Positions 30,862-41,087 of a DNA stretch of 64,000 bases are shown here, piece after piece. The stretch comes from Blastocatellia bacterium (GTDB lineage Bacteria; Acidobacteriota; Blastocatellia; UBA7656). Position 1 is the stretch's first letter. Each line of letters begins with the position of its first letter. Below the pieces are notes generated by a model that did not search any database, had not been told where the DNA came from, and saw only the letters and a program-made list of their open reading frames with translations. The DNA is taken from positions 480,001 through 544,000 of the forward strand of contig CAVXWP010000009.1 of the NCBI GenBank assembly GCA_963765495.1. Reading direction: 5' to 3'. The translations under genes and the position numbers were made by a program.

Positions 30862-31986
30862 ATGGCAAATTTGCTGATCATTACAGGGTTCGCCGCCATT
30901 CTCGTAGTCGTATGGGATGCCTTCGAGACCATAGTTCTGCCTCGGCGTGTGGCGCGCAGGTTCAGGTTGACGAGGGCATTCTACCGCGCCACGTGGGTTC
31001 CGGCCTCGGCAGTGGCGCGCCGAATGCCCGGAGGGAAACGCCGCGAAAGGTATCTCGGAGTATTTGGTCCTCTCTCGCTGATAATGCTGCTTGTATTCTG
31101 GGCGCTGGGGTTGATCTTCGGATTCACGCTCATCCACTGGGCATCGGGCACTCCGCTAAACATTGCCGATCATGATGCGACCTTTGGGACCTATTTCTAT
31201 CTGAGCGGGACGACATTTTTTACGCTCGGATTTGGCGACATAACCCCGGTAAACTCTTTTGGGCGGATGCTGGCTGTCTGTGAATCGGGGACGGGGTTCG
31301 GGCTATTGGCCATCGTAATCGGCTATCTGCCGGTAATGTATCAGGCTTTTTCGCGGCGCGAGGTCAACATCTCTATGCTGGATGCAAGGGCCGGTTCGCC
31401 GCCGAGCGCGTTTGAATTGCTGCGCAGGCACAATCACGACGGCGGGATGGAGGACCTCGATCTATTGTTGCGCGACTGGGAACGGTGGGCAGCCGAATTG
31501 CTTGAAAGCCATCTTTCATATCCGGTGCTCTGTTTTTTCCGCTCACAGCACGATAATCAATCGTGGCTCGCGGCCCTGACGACCATCCTCGACACAAGCG
31601 CGCTTGTCATTGCCGGAATTGACGGAAAATCGGCCCGGCAGGCGCAATTGACCTTTGCTATGGCGCGTCACGCCGTAGTCGATCTGGCCCAAATATTCAA
31701 CACGCCGCCGTGCGAGTATCCGTTTGATCGCCTGCCCGCGTCTGAGTTTAACAGCCTGCAAAGGAATATGCTTGCAAACAATATAGCGCTGGATGACGGC
31801 GATATGGTCGAAAAGAACCTGGCCGAGATTCGGAAAAAGTATGAGCCTTATGTAAAGGCGCTTGCCGATTACCTGCTTTTATCGCTCCCGCCCTGGAGCA
31901 CCGAAACAGAGGTAGACAACTGGCAAAAAAGCGCCTGGGATCGTATTACGGGAAGCCTCGCTTCTGCCGCCGGGTCGCGGGACTGA
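30862..31986 (+). CDS. Potassium channel family protein (Ion_trans_2)
   Basis: Pore signature YLSGTTFFTLGFGDITP, plus ESHLSYPVLCFFRS. Confidence 0.85.
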   Translation: MANLLIITGFAAILVVVWDAFETIVLPRRVARRFRLTRAFYRATWVPASAVARRMPGGKRRERYLGVFGPLSLIMLLVFWALGLIFGFTLIHWASGTPLNIADHDATFGTYFYLSGTTFFTLGFGDITPVNSFGRMLAVCESGTGFGLLAIVIGYLPVMYQAFSRREVNISMLDARAGSPPSAFELLRRHNHDGGMEDLDLLLRDWERWAAELLESHLSYPVLCFFRSQHDNQSWLAALTTILDTSALVIAGIDGKSARQAQLTFAMARHAVVDLAQIFNTPPCEYPFDRLPASEFNSLQRNMLANNIALDDGDMVEKNLAEIRKKYEPYVKALADYLLLSLPPWSTETEVDNWQKSAWDRITGSLASAAGSRD

Positions 31987-32034
31987 ATTCGGCAAGAGAT
32001 TGGTAAAAATGAGATTGAATGAAGGGCACCTGGT

Positions 32035-32109
32035 AATAGGCCACGGATTTGACCTTATTTGATCAGATCTGCGTTCATCCGTCCGATCCGCGTTCATCCG
32101 TGGCCTATT
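32035..32109. repeat. Hairpin element between convergent genes
   Basis: 14-bp perfect inverted repeat AATAGGCCACGGAT/ATCCGTGGCCTATT with internal (ATC[C/T]GCGTTC) repeats. Confidence 0.7.
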
Positions 32110-32135
32110 TCACCTGCCTCTCGATCAGCCGCGCA

Positions 32136-33197
32136 TCAAGGAACCCAATCTGCGATAAAGACATTTGTTTCGCCCTGTTGTTTCCCGTGTCTGTTTGAGG
32201 CAAAGACTATCTTCTTTCCGTCGGGGGTAAACATTGGAAATCCGTCGAAGGTATCGTTGAAGGTGATGCGTTCAAGCCCTGTGCCGTCCACGTTGATGGC
32301 ATAGAGATCAAAGTTTCTTCCCTTTGGATCATCCATATTCGAGGCGAAGATTATCCGCTTGCCATCAGGGAAAAAGAAGGGAGCGAAATTGGCTTTCCCG
32401 TTGCTTGTGACCTGTCGTTTGCCTGTGCCGTCAGCCTTCATCACCCAGATTTCAAGCGTGGTCGGGCGGATCAGATTCTCTTTTAGCAGAGCGCGATAAT
32501 CGGCAATATCCTTTTCCGATTTCGGATGATGGGCGCGAAAGACTATCCACTTGCTGTCATAAGAGAAGAACGGACCGCCGTCGTATCCGACTTCATTCGT
32601 CAACCGCTTCACGTTCCTGCCGTCGAGATCCATAGTGTAGATATCGAGGTCGCCATCGCGCAGCGAAGTGAAGACTATCTTCTTGCCGTTTGGAGCGATG
32701 GTGGCTTCGGCATCGTAACCCGGATTCCTGGTCAACTGCTTGAGGTCTGACCCGTCGGGCGCGGCGGTGAAAATGTCGAAACTGGGATATACGGCCCAGA
32801 CATAACCACGCGAAAAATCCGGTTTGGGCGGACAATCCGAACTGACAAGATGAGTCGAGGAATAAAGAATACGCCTGCCATTGGGAAAGATATAAGAACA
32901 GGTTGTGCGGCCCTTGCCCGTAGAGACCATGCGCACATCCGACCCGTCAATATTCATCTGATAAATCTGATCGCAATCGTGCCCTTCGCGGGTTGATTGA
33001 AAGGTCAGTCTCTTCCCATCGGCTGAAAAATAGGCCTCGGCGTTTTCGCCTCCAAACGTGAGCTGGCGGATATTTTTAAGGTGTTTTTCCTCGGGCAATC
33101 GGAGCGAATCCTCCGCATCCTGCCGAGTCAGAGGACGCGCAATCGAAACCAGAACGATGCCAATTGTCATCAAAACAACGAGAATAACTTTCATCAT
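32136..33197 (-). CDS. Secreted TolB-like PD40 beta-propeller protein
   Basis: QLTFGGENAEAYFS, GYDAEAT, GYDGGPFFS and FDGFPMF. Confidence 0.88.
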   Translation of the reverse strand: MMKVILVVLMTIGIVLVSIARPLTRQDAEDSLRLPEEKHLKNIRQLTFGGENAEAYFSADGKRLTFQSTREGHDCDQIYQMNIDGSDVRMVSTGKGRTTCSYIFPNGRRILYSSTHLVSSDCPPKPDFSRGYVWAVYPSFDIFTAAPDGSDLKQLTRNPGYDAEATIAPNGKKIVFTSLRDGDLDIYTMDLDGRNVKRLTNEVGYDGGPFFSYDSKWIVFRAHHPKSEKDIADYRALLKENLIRPTTLEIWVMKADGTGKRQVTSNGKANFAPFFFPDGKRIIFASNMDDPKGRNFDLYAINVDGTGLERITFNDTFDGFPMFTPDGKKIVFASNRHGKQQGETNVFIADWVP

Positions 33198-33210
33198 ACC
33201 TCCATCAATT

Positions 33211-33391
33211 CAGTATGCAGTAGGCAGTATGCAGTAAGCAGTTTGAGGTTTCAAGTTAGGAGTAGCCCGGCAAATTGCGCCAGAGCAAGCCAGCCAAAGC
33301 AGCAGGCCGGATATGGATTTGAACAGGTGGTACCCGCCTCCAATCACTGCCTACTGCCTACTGCTTGCTGCATACTGCCTACTGCTTACTG
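33211..33391. repeat. Hairpin element with (GCAGTA[G/T])n/(CTACTGC)n arms, copy 1
   Basis: cagtatgcagtaggcagtatgcagtaagcag...actgcctactgcctactgcttgctgcatactgcctactgcttactg. Confidence 0.88.
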
Positions 33392-34398
33392 TTTTTTGCG
33401 AGGCGTGCGGCAAGCTTTATAGCTTCGATCATGCTGCCGGGGTCGGCTATGCCGCGACCGGCTATGTCGAAAGCCGTTCCGTGATCCACGCTGGTTCGAA
33501 TGATCGGCAGGCCAAGCGTTACATTGACCGCCTCGCCAAAGGCAAGGCACTTGACTGCAATCAATCCTTGATCGTGATAACAGGCCATAACTGCGTCAAA
33601 CTCGCCGCGCGCTGCGCGCACAAAGAGAGTATCGGCGGGAAACGGCCCGTAAACATCTATCCCCTGCTCCTGTCTGCACCACTCGACGGCTGGAATGATC
33701 TCAAGTATCTCTTCCTGCCCAAACAGCCCGTGTTCGCCCGCGTGCGGATTAAGCCCGGCTACGGCTATACGGGGACGTGCAAGACCAAATCTTCGCAACT
33801 CCCGGTCTGCCAGCACGAGCGCGTCTCTGACGCGTTCTTTGGTTATAGCCTTTATAGCATCCGATAGGCTTGTGTGGATGGTCAAGAGGATGACTCTGAG
33901 GTCGCCCGCGAAAAAACACATAAGCGAATCGCTCACTCCACACAATGAGGCCAGCATTTCAGTGTGACCCGGAAAAACCGAACCGGCAAGCCTGAGCGAT
34001 TCTTTATTTATGGGTGCGGTTGCAAGCGCGTTCAATCGCCCTTCGAGACAAAGCCGCGCGCCCGCCTCTATAAACGAGATAGCGGCCCGGCCCGCGACGG
34101 CAGACAGTTGCCCCCATTGCGCCCCTTCGGCGTGACTTCCCGTATCGAAAACGGCTACGGGGTGATTCTCTTTCAAATCAAGCTCGGTTTCAATAACTAC
34201 GGGGTAGTCACAGGCGAGTCCGAGTCGGGCCGCCTGATTGGCGAGCGCGCCCGCATCAGCGATCAGTATGGGCCGACAGACTGCGCGCACTTCGAGATCA
34301 ACTACGGATTTAAGCGCTATTTCGGGTCCAATACCGGCAGGGTCACCTATGGTGATTCCAACCAACGGCTTGTCGGGACTATTTTGTGCTCGCGTCAC
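33379..34398 (-). CDS. pdxA: 4-hydroxythreonine-4-phosphate dehydrogenase
   Basis: GDPAGIGPE, TAPINK, FPGHTE, GLNPHAGE, YHDQG and RTSVDHGTAFDIAG. Confidence 0.95.
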   Translation of the reverse strand: MTRAQNSPDKPLVGITIGDPAGIGPEIALKSVVDLEVRAVCRPILIADAGALANQAARLGLACDYPVVIETELDLKENHPVAVFDTGSHAEGAQWGQLSAVAGRAAISFIEAGARLCLEGRLNALATAPINKESLRLAGSVFPGHTEMLASLCGVSDSLMCFFAGDLRVILLTIHTSLSDAIKAITKERVRDALVLADRELRRFGLARPRIAVAGLNPHAGEHGLFGQEEILEIIPAVEWCRQEQGIDVYGPFPADTLFVRAARGEFDAVMACYHDQGLIAVKCLAFGEAVNVTLGLPIIRTSVDHGTAFDIAGRGIADPGSMIEAIKLAARLAKNSKQ

Positions 34399-34448
34399 AA
34401 GGTTCAGTCAGAGAAAAGGAGAGGATATGGGGCTTTTACCTGCTGCAC

Positions 34449-34808
34449 TTATTCTTCAGACATCTCCTCATCAGGAGACTCATCCATATCTGCGCTGTCT
34501 TCCTTGTACAGGTATTTGATGTTGTGCTTGAGCACCAACAGATTAGGACCTTCATCGCGGTGCAGTTTGATGCAGCCTCGGTCGTACCATTCGATGTTTC
34601 CCCGCAACACTTCGCCATCCTGCAGCACCAGCACCATCGAAGTCTTATTATCCATCTGCTTCTTGTAATAGAAGCTCTCGGCGTGGGTCTGCTCGGGTGG
34701 GACGCGCTTGCGGTTGGCATCGGCATTGCCGCCCCGGCGCTCGGACGGGCCGCGATCCGCCCTCTCTCTCACTTCTGCAAGGGTTGTTCGTATCAGCTTT
34801 CTATTCAC
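34449..34808 (-). CDS. Hfq-like (Sm-fold) RNA chaperone
   Basis: [39 protein letters not shown]...[13 protein letters not shown] start after GGAGG. Confidence 0.7.
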   Translation of the reverse strand: MNRKLIRTTLAEVRERADRGPSERRGGNADANRKRVPPEQTHAESFYYKKQMDNKTSMVLVLQDGEVLRGNIEWYDRGCIKLHRDEGPNLLVLKHNIKYLYKEDSADMDESPDEEMSEE

Positions 34809-35199
34809 TACACATCCTCCAAAAGGGAATTACTTTCCAAACAGTGGCCGAGTGCTTTTTGCGCTCTCTGCCCTCTTTAGGTTTCATTCGGAAATCAACG
34901 CCATGCGCACTGAGATCAACGACTGCCGGCGCTGATAAACCGTATTGTACTTCGCTAAATTAAGCGCGGGTTAACTGTCCACCGTTCAGAATGGCAAGAT
35001 AGTAGCTCAAGCGTATGCTTTTGGCAAGTGCAAACTTCCAAGACAGAGGACAAAACAAAACGATCCCAGCGCGGTGGCAAGTTTCCTTCGTGAGGCTCGG
35101 GCGACAGGGACTCGGGGTTGTTATTCGGCCAAAATAAGCGAAGTATATCTTGGGGCCGGGCGAGCCGTTTTTGATAGCTCTGCCCGGCGTGAAAACATC

Positions 35200-35682
35200 C
35201 TACTGAGCCAGCGGCGTGCCGTTTTTGGGTACGCGATCCTGGGCAGTGGCTGTCGGCGGCTGGTCGCCTTCGGTTTCATAAATCACCATTGTTTCATTGG
35301 AATAAAAAGAGCGATTGCCGGTTCCGAAAGCGCCTACGGAGGCGGGCTTGGCAGTCGTATCGAACATGCCCGGCGCTCCTTCACTCGTTATCGGGACAGA
35401 GGCAAAAAGATATCCGCCTTTTGTCCCCGTAGCTATAGTAGTATCAACCAGGCTCTGCGTGCCCAGCGTGGCAAGGTCCGCAAATTTACCGTGGCCCTTG
35501 GTGACCGAATATTGGAGTTGTGATGCGCCAATATTTTTCACTTCTTGAAAGGCAGCCGTCTCTCGCGCGGCCTGCTGAGACTTCAGCAGGTTCGGTATAG
35601 CGATGGCGGCTATGATGCCGATGATCGCCACGACGATAAGCAACTCGATCAGCGAGAAACCTCGCTGCTTTTTCCTATTCAT
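35200..35682 (-). CDS. Type IV pilin (pilin 1)
   Basis: Class III signal RG|FSLIELLIVVAIIGIIAAIAIPNLL and a GAGGAG RBS. Confidence 0.92.
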   Translation of the reverse strand: MNRKKQRGFSLIELLIVVAIIGIIAAIAIPNLLKSQQAARETAAFQEVKNIGASQLQYSVTKGHGKFADLATLGTQSLVDTTIATGTKGGYLFASVPITSEGAPGMFDTTAKPASVGAFGTGNRSFYSNETMVIYETEGDQPPTATAQDRVPKNGTPLAQ

Positions 35683-36057
35683 AATCTCTCCTCAGCCCTT
35701 AAGATGAAGTTTCCCTTTATGGGGAATAACTTTGCGCTCTCTTCGGAAATCGAACGCGACCTCAACAGGACGGTTCATTTATTTTTGAGCTGATGGAAGA
35801 AACTATACCATAGATGGGTAAGTCTCGAAAGTACCGCTTTGGGGAAGGCCCGGCTCGATAATTCGGCGGGCATCTATAATCTCTGGGCGTTGCGCATCAA
35901 AAACAGGACGGTCGAAATGCGTGTCTGCGAAACTGTTTGCGCCTCTATTTTCCGAAAACACGTTATTGCAGATTGAAATTTACCCTACGAACCGGCTCTT
36001 TAGCGTAATCGTACCCACCCGGCGATAGTCTTAGTAAAGAGAATGGCTGAGGGAGGG

Positions 36058-38103
36058 TCAATTTACCTTTTGTTGAACTCGCTTCAGGCAATCCGACATC
36101 GCCTCAACCAGCGAGTCAGACCCGGAAAGCGCGAGGCCGCGTTGAAGCACGGTGGCAGCATCAGCCGACCTCCCCGCCTTTTCGTACACAAGCCCCAGTT
36201 CATAATAGGTTTCGACATCTTTTGGAGCCAGATTGATGACCTGCTCCAATTCTTGCGCAGCTTCGCTATAATGACCCAGCCGAGAGTAGCACAGCCCCAG
36301 ATTAAACCGCGCAGCCGTCGCCTGCGGCTTTAACCGTAGAGCGGTTATGAATAACCCCGATGCGGTCTTGTAATCTTCGGCCTTGAAGTAGATCGTGCCT
36401 AAATTGTTGTAGGATTCGAACATCGTAGGGTCCACCCTGATTGCTCGCCTGAAGTACTCGACAGCTTTGTCAGTATTTCCCAAAGCATCATAGGTTCTGC
36501 CGAGAGAATCGAGGACACAGGGTTCGTCAGGAGCCAGTTCGTCTGATTGGATAAATGCAGCGAGCGCCTCCGTATACCGTTTCACTTTCAGCTGCTCGAG
36601 CCCGATATTATAGTAAGGCGACCAGGAGGTCGGACTGATGCGAGCGGCGTTCGACCAGAGCGAGTACTCATCGGCCCAGCTTCGATTTCCGACCCAGCAT
36701 CCCCCTATGAGGATTATCATTAACAGAGTGAGCATAAGCGGACTGAATCTTATAGCCCGTCGAGTAAATACCGCCTCCCGATTGCGCCCGGCCCAGACTC
36801 CACACATCCAGGCAAATCCCGAGGCGATGAGATAGCCAAACCCCATCACTGACAGATATAAGTATCGGTCAGCAAGCAAGTATTCTTCCGATAATTGAGT
36901 GATATTCAGCACGGGCAATATTGGAATCACTATCATGGCCAGAGCGTGCCAAACTTCCTTTCTCAACTTTTTGCGATAACCGACAATCAACCCGAATAAT
37001 AAAGTCAGGAGCACAGCCGGTATGAGAAATTTGGGAGACGCAGCGCTCGTTATGATACGCGTATGATAGACCACGCTCAGGTTGAACGGCCATATAAGGT
37101 GCTGGATATACGACCATAAAATCAATGGAAGGGTCAGCAAAACGTGCACTAAAGAGCCTTTGTGAGCGTTTGGGTTCTCCCAGGTCAGAGCGCCGAGTAC
37201 CGCGTAACGACAGGCCAGATAAAATAAGGCGACCGCCAGATGTGGCAGGGTCCAGGTTGCCGATTGAATAGCTCGGACGGTTATCGCGCGCCACCAGTTT
37301 TGACTCTTCTCTCCAGACCGCGCGACTGCCTTCCCGTTTGCGCCCGATTCGATATATTCATAAGCGAAGATGAGGATGATCAGGCTCAGAGCCGTCTCCT
37401 TCGAGAAGGCCGAAATGGCAAACATGATGAGCGAGACAGCTAAAGAAATCCTGCTTTTATTACTGCGAAATCTGAGATAAAAATAGTAGGATGCGAGAAA
37501 GAACAGGCTGAAGAGAGGGTCAGTCATCCCGCTTATCCAGCTCACCGATTCTGTATGTATCGGATGAATGGCAAAGATACTTGCCGCTATTGCTGCCATC
37601 CATTTTCGCTGAGATATCATCAGCAACACATAATAAACGCCTATCGCGCAAAGCAGGTGCATCAGCAGGCTTACAAGGTGCCAGCCCTGAGGCCACAACC
37701 CGAACAGTTTGTACTCTACCGTAAGCATCACCGTAAAAATCGGGCGATAGTAGGGCGGGGGGAACGGCACACGCAAGGTCGCAGCATGTTCTCTAAACTC
37801 CCAAACGTGCGTCGTGAATGCATGCCCGAGATTATCCCATGAACGTATAAGCGGATTTGTAACGATCTGCTCCGCGTCATCGAAGACAAAGTCCCCGCCG
37901 AGCATGTTTGCATAGGCAAGTGATGACAATAAGCATAAAAGCAGTATGATTCGGCTTGAACTGAGTTGCTCGATCCAACCAAATATAGTCATAGACTCAG
38001 CGTTTTCGGTTTTCGCTTTGCGCGAAGCGGTATCACGCAGGCTCTTGCTCATCTTGCTCGATTTAATTTTTGCTGCAACCATATGCGCTCCTGAATTTGG
38101 CAA
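36058..38103 (-). CDS. TMTC-like GT-C glycosyltransferase with C-terminal TPRs
   Basis: FVFDD, YYRP, HPIHTESVSWISG, SKETA, ADRYLYL, multiple TM helices and TPR repeats. Start may be 38082. Confidence 0.8.
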   Translation of the reverse strand: MPNSGAHMVAAKIKSSKMSKSLRDTASRKAKTENAESMTIFGWIEQLSSSRIILLLCLLSSLAYANMLGGDFVFDDAEQIVTNPLIRSWDNLGHAFTTHVWEFREHAATLRVPFPPPYYRPIFTVMLTVEYKLFGLWPQGWHLVSLLMHLLCAIGVYYVLLMISQRKWMAAIAASIFAIHPIHTESVSWISGMTDPLFSLFFLASYYFYLRFRSNKSRISLAVSLIMFAISAFSKETALSLIILIFAYEYIESGANGKAVARSGEKSQNWWRAITVRAIQSATWTLPHLAVALFYLACRYAVLGALTWENPNAHKGSLVHVLLTLPLILWSYIQHLIWPFNLSVVYHTRIITSAASPKFLIPAVLLTLLFGLIVGYRKKLRKEVWHALAMIVIPILPVLNITQLSEEYLLADRYLYLSVMGFGYLIASGFAWMCGVWAGRNREAVFTRRAIRFSPLMLTLLMIILIGGCWVGNRSWADEYSLWSNAARISPTSWSPYYNIGLEQLKVKRYTEALAAFIQSDELAPDEPCVLDSLGRTYDALGNTDKAVEYFRRAIRVDPTMFESYNNLGTIYFKAEDYKTASGLFITALRLKPQATAARFNLGLCYSRLGHYSEAAQELEQVINLAPKDVETYYELGLVYEKAGRSADAATVLQRGLALSGSDSLVEAMSDCLKRVQQKVN

Positions 38104-38226
38104 TCACTTATGCTTCCAAAACCATGCTTTGAAGAGTGTTCTCAGTATAGGGGCGACTCTGTTGCTTCGAGGCGTCAACGGAGGTACCTGCAATCGCGGC
38201 CTTCGGTTGCGCCCTTAGTGCCGCAA

Positions 38227-40089
38227 TCACATCGGCGCACGATTAACGGCAGATGCAGACATGGCCTGGATTTCGCCCATCTTTTTTCGTATCTCGTCGC
38301 GAGCGGGCTCGTCCTTTTCATACTTCAGGGCCTCGCCACACTCTTCAAGCGCGGCATCGAGCTTCCCCTGATCGCGCAACACAAGCGCCAACGAGAAGTG
38401 GTAGACCGGGTCGGTAGAGGACTTACTGATAGATATGCGAATATTCTCTTCCGCTTCCTGTAATCGCCCCTGCTCTTTGTAAGTCATTCCCAGATAGAGA
38501 TAGGCCTTTGGTGCGCGATCATCGAGCAGAATGGCCCGCTTCAAATATTTTTCCGCGTCATCAAGCCTGCCTACCGTAAAGGCCGCACAACCATAGTTGT
38601 ATTGTGCCACCCAGAGATCAGAATCAAGCTGGGCCGCTTCATGAAACAACTCTACAGCCTCGTTTGGATAGCCGCGCTCCAGAAGGCTTGCCCCCATATT
38701 ATTTTTTGCCAGCGCATTGTTTGGCGATATCTGTAACCCCCTGTGATAAAGCAAGACCTCGCTAGCCCAGTATGACTGTTGCATCGCCGTAAAAACGCCC
38801 AGAAACAGGATTACTCCCGTGGCCAGACTCACCTCAAGCGCGGGCTGTCCAAACAGCCGTACTCTTCCAAATCTGAATCGGCTTATTGCGAATGCCAGAA
38901 TGAGCGCAAACCCGACCGAAGGCAGATAAAGATATCGATCATGCACGATCTCTGACTTGGGCAACACGGGCAGGTTCATCAGCGGCAGTAAAGGCAGCAG
39001 CATAAAGAGGAGCGCAAATCGCGTCCAACCTGCCTGGCGGGTGATCCATATCAGGGCTGCTCCAAAAAGCAGAATTCCTGTTAGCGGCAAGATGACGCTG
39101 GCAAAGCCTAAGCTGTCCACGTAAGGAGCTTCGTAGAACGGGCCCAGGTTGACGGGCCATACAAGGAGGGTAAAATATGACCACAACACGGATGGCAGGG
39201 TCAGTATCACCGATAAAAGTGAAAGGTCAACTTGATTGTGGCTGAAAGCCTTCAAAACCATTACGCGCGCTGCTAAATAAAACAGTACAACTGCGAGGAA
39301 CGGAGTCGCTGCTTTGAATGCTGCCCGAGCCCTTGTGCGAAACGGGTCAGGCTCGCCATCCGCCGATTTCCGCATTAACCATTCATAGGCAAAGATGAGG
39401 CCGGGCAGGACAATGGCGCTCTCTTTTTCAAACATCGCAAGCAGGTAGCATAAAACGGCTGCGAGAATCCATATCCTGCGCCTGCCGACCGTCTCTCTTG
39501 CTTTGAGGTAGCACAGAAAAGCTCCCAGCAAAAATGCAGCCATCAGTGATTCGGTAGTGCCCGATACCCAGCTCGCGACCTCTATGTGAACAGGATGCAA
39601 ACCAAAGATGATGCCAGCCCATAAGGCAGTGGTTCTATCATTGCTGAGCTTTTTGGCGAGCAGGTAGACAAAAAGAGTAGTGGCCATGTGCAGGCTGAGA
39701 GTAACCAGATGCCACCAGAACGGCTTCAGACCAAACAACAGATAGTTTAATCCGAACCAGAGCATCAATACCGGGCGATAGTAATTTTCTCCTGTCTGTT
39801 GGACTGTAACCCACATATGTTCGGTCAAGTAGCTCAATACCCTCCAGGACCTTAATCTCGGATTCTGGACGATCAACATCTTATCGTCGAAGACGAACGG
39901 AAAACTGAGAGTCCCAACGTAGGCCAGCAGCGTGAGCACCACTGGGACGATAGGCGCTATCCACGTTCCGGCATTTCCTTTCTCTTTTTTGTCCGGTTCC
40001 GCTTTTGTCTCCTCGACATCGAATCGAGATATGCTGTCAAACGGAGAAGGGCTCAATTCAAGTCCTTCAATCACCTGATTTCCTTCCAT
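38227..40089 (-). CDS. TMTC-like GT-C glycosyltransferase with C-terminal TPRs (paralog)
   Basis: FVFDD, YYRP, HPVHIEVASWVSG, EKESA, HDRYLYLP and TPR repeats. Confidence 0.8.
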   Translation of the reverse strand: MEGNQVIEGLELSPSPFDSISRFDVEETKAEPDKKEKGNAGTWIAPIVPVVLTLLAYVGTLSFPFVFDDKMLIVQNPRLRSWRVLSYLTEHMWVTVQQTGENYYRPVLMLWFGLNYLLFGLKPFWWHLVTLSLHMATTLFVYLLAKKLSNDRTTALWAGIIFGLHPVHIEVASWVSGTTESLMAAFLLGAFLCYLKARETVGRRRIWILAAVLCYLLAMFEKESAIVLPGLIFAYEWLMRKSADGEPDPFRTRARAAFKAATPFLAVVLFYLAARVMVLKAFSHNQVDLSLLSVILTLPSVLWSYFTLLVWPVNLGPFYEAPYVDSLGFASVILPLTGILLFGAALIWITRQAGWTRFALLFMLLPLLPLMNLPVLPKSEIVHDRYLYLPSVGFALILAFAISRFRFGRVRLFGQPALEVSLATGVILFLGVFTAMQQSYWASEVLLYHRGLQISPNNALAKNNMGASLLERGYPNEAVELFHEAAQLDSDLWVAQYNYGCAAFTVGRLDDAEKYLKRAILLDDRAPKAYLYLGMTYKEQGRLQEAEENIRISISKSSTDPVYHFSLALVLRDQGKLDAALEECGEALKYEKDEPARDEIRKKMGEIQAMSASAVNRAPM

Positions 40090-40349
40090 AAAAGCTGCTC
40101 CAGATTTGCTTTGTGGATCATGGCGCTCCTGGCGTTGAATAGGGCTATATCAGGATTGCGCGCTTCGATTGCAGGGGCCGAGCAACGGATTGGGGACAAA
40201 GTCGAATGCGTTTCTGGAGGCGACCGGGAGGCTTGATTCAACCGACACAGAGATTACCACAGCAATCTTCTTATGCGAAGAGTTTTTACCTGTTCAGGGT
40301 AGGGATACTCTCGATTTTTCAAAGGTGGTTTCTCAGTCTCGCACCTCGA

Positions 40350-41087
40350 TCAAAGTTTTAACTTCTTAAAGAGGAATTCGGGCACGCTCTTTACAGCCGC
40401 CATGATCGGACGCCAGAACCACGGAACATAAACTTCGGATTTTCCAGCAAGCATCGCTCTGTGTATCGAGACGCCCACACGCTGCGGGGTTGCGAAAAGC
40501 GCGTTCTTTTCTATCGCGGACGTCATCGGAGTGTCTACAAATCCCGGCTTTATCGTAACCACTTTGACGCCGGATGGGTACAGACGATTGCGCAAGCCTT
40601 GCAGGAATATGCTCACCGCGCCTTTTGCGGCCCCGTAAACGTAATTGCTCTGGCGGCCACGGTCGCCCGCCACGGATGTTATGACGGCGATAGTTCCCTG
40701 TTTGCGCCGTTGGAAATAATTGGCCAGCATAGTAAGCAGGGCGATCACGCTCGTGCAGTTTATGGCGAATTCTTTCAGGGTTTCAGCCGGGTCGAGAGCG
40801 CATTCCTGCTGATTTGCGAGTGTGCCGTAGGCGATCAAAACGGCGTCGAGGTCCCCGATAGATTTTACAGCCTTATCAAGCATCTCTCGATGCCTCGCGG
40901 TTTCGGTTAAATCCAGAACGTAACTTTCGGCCCGGCTCGCCCCGCGCACTTCAAGATCATCTCGAACGGAACCGAGCTTTTGCGCGTCGCGCCCCACAAG
41001 AAAAAGTTCGGCTCCGGTCGCGGCAAAACATTTGCCGACCTCGTGCGCCATCGCCGAGGTCGCTCCGACGATCATTATCTTCTTCAT
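40350..41087 (-). CDS. DprE2-like SDR (prenylphospho-2-keto-pentofuranose reductase)
   Basis: IVGATSAMA, SVAGDRGRQSNYVYGAAK and KPGFVDTPMT. ATGA overlap with the DprE1-like gene. Confidence 0.82.
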   Translation of the reverse strand: MKKIMIVGATSAMAHEVGKCFAATGAELFLVGRDAQKLGSVRDDLEVRGASRAESYVLDLTETARHREMLDKAVKSIGDLDAVLIAYGTLANQQECALDPAETLKEFAINCTSVIALLTMLANYFQRRKQGTIAVITSVAGDRGRQSNYVYGAAKGAVSIFLQGLRNRLYPSGVKVVTIKPGFVDTPMTSAIEKNALFATPQRVGVSIHRAMLAGKSEVYVPWFWRPIMAAVKSVPEFLFKKLKL

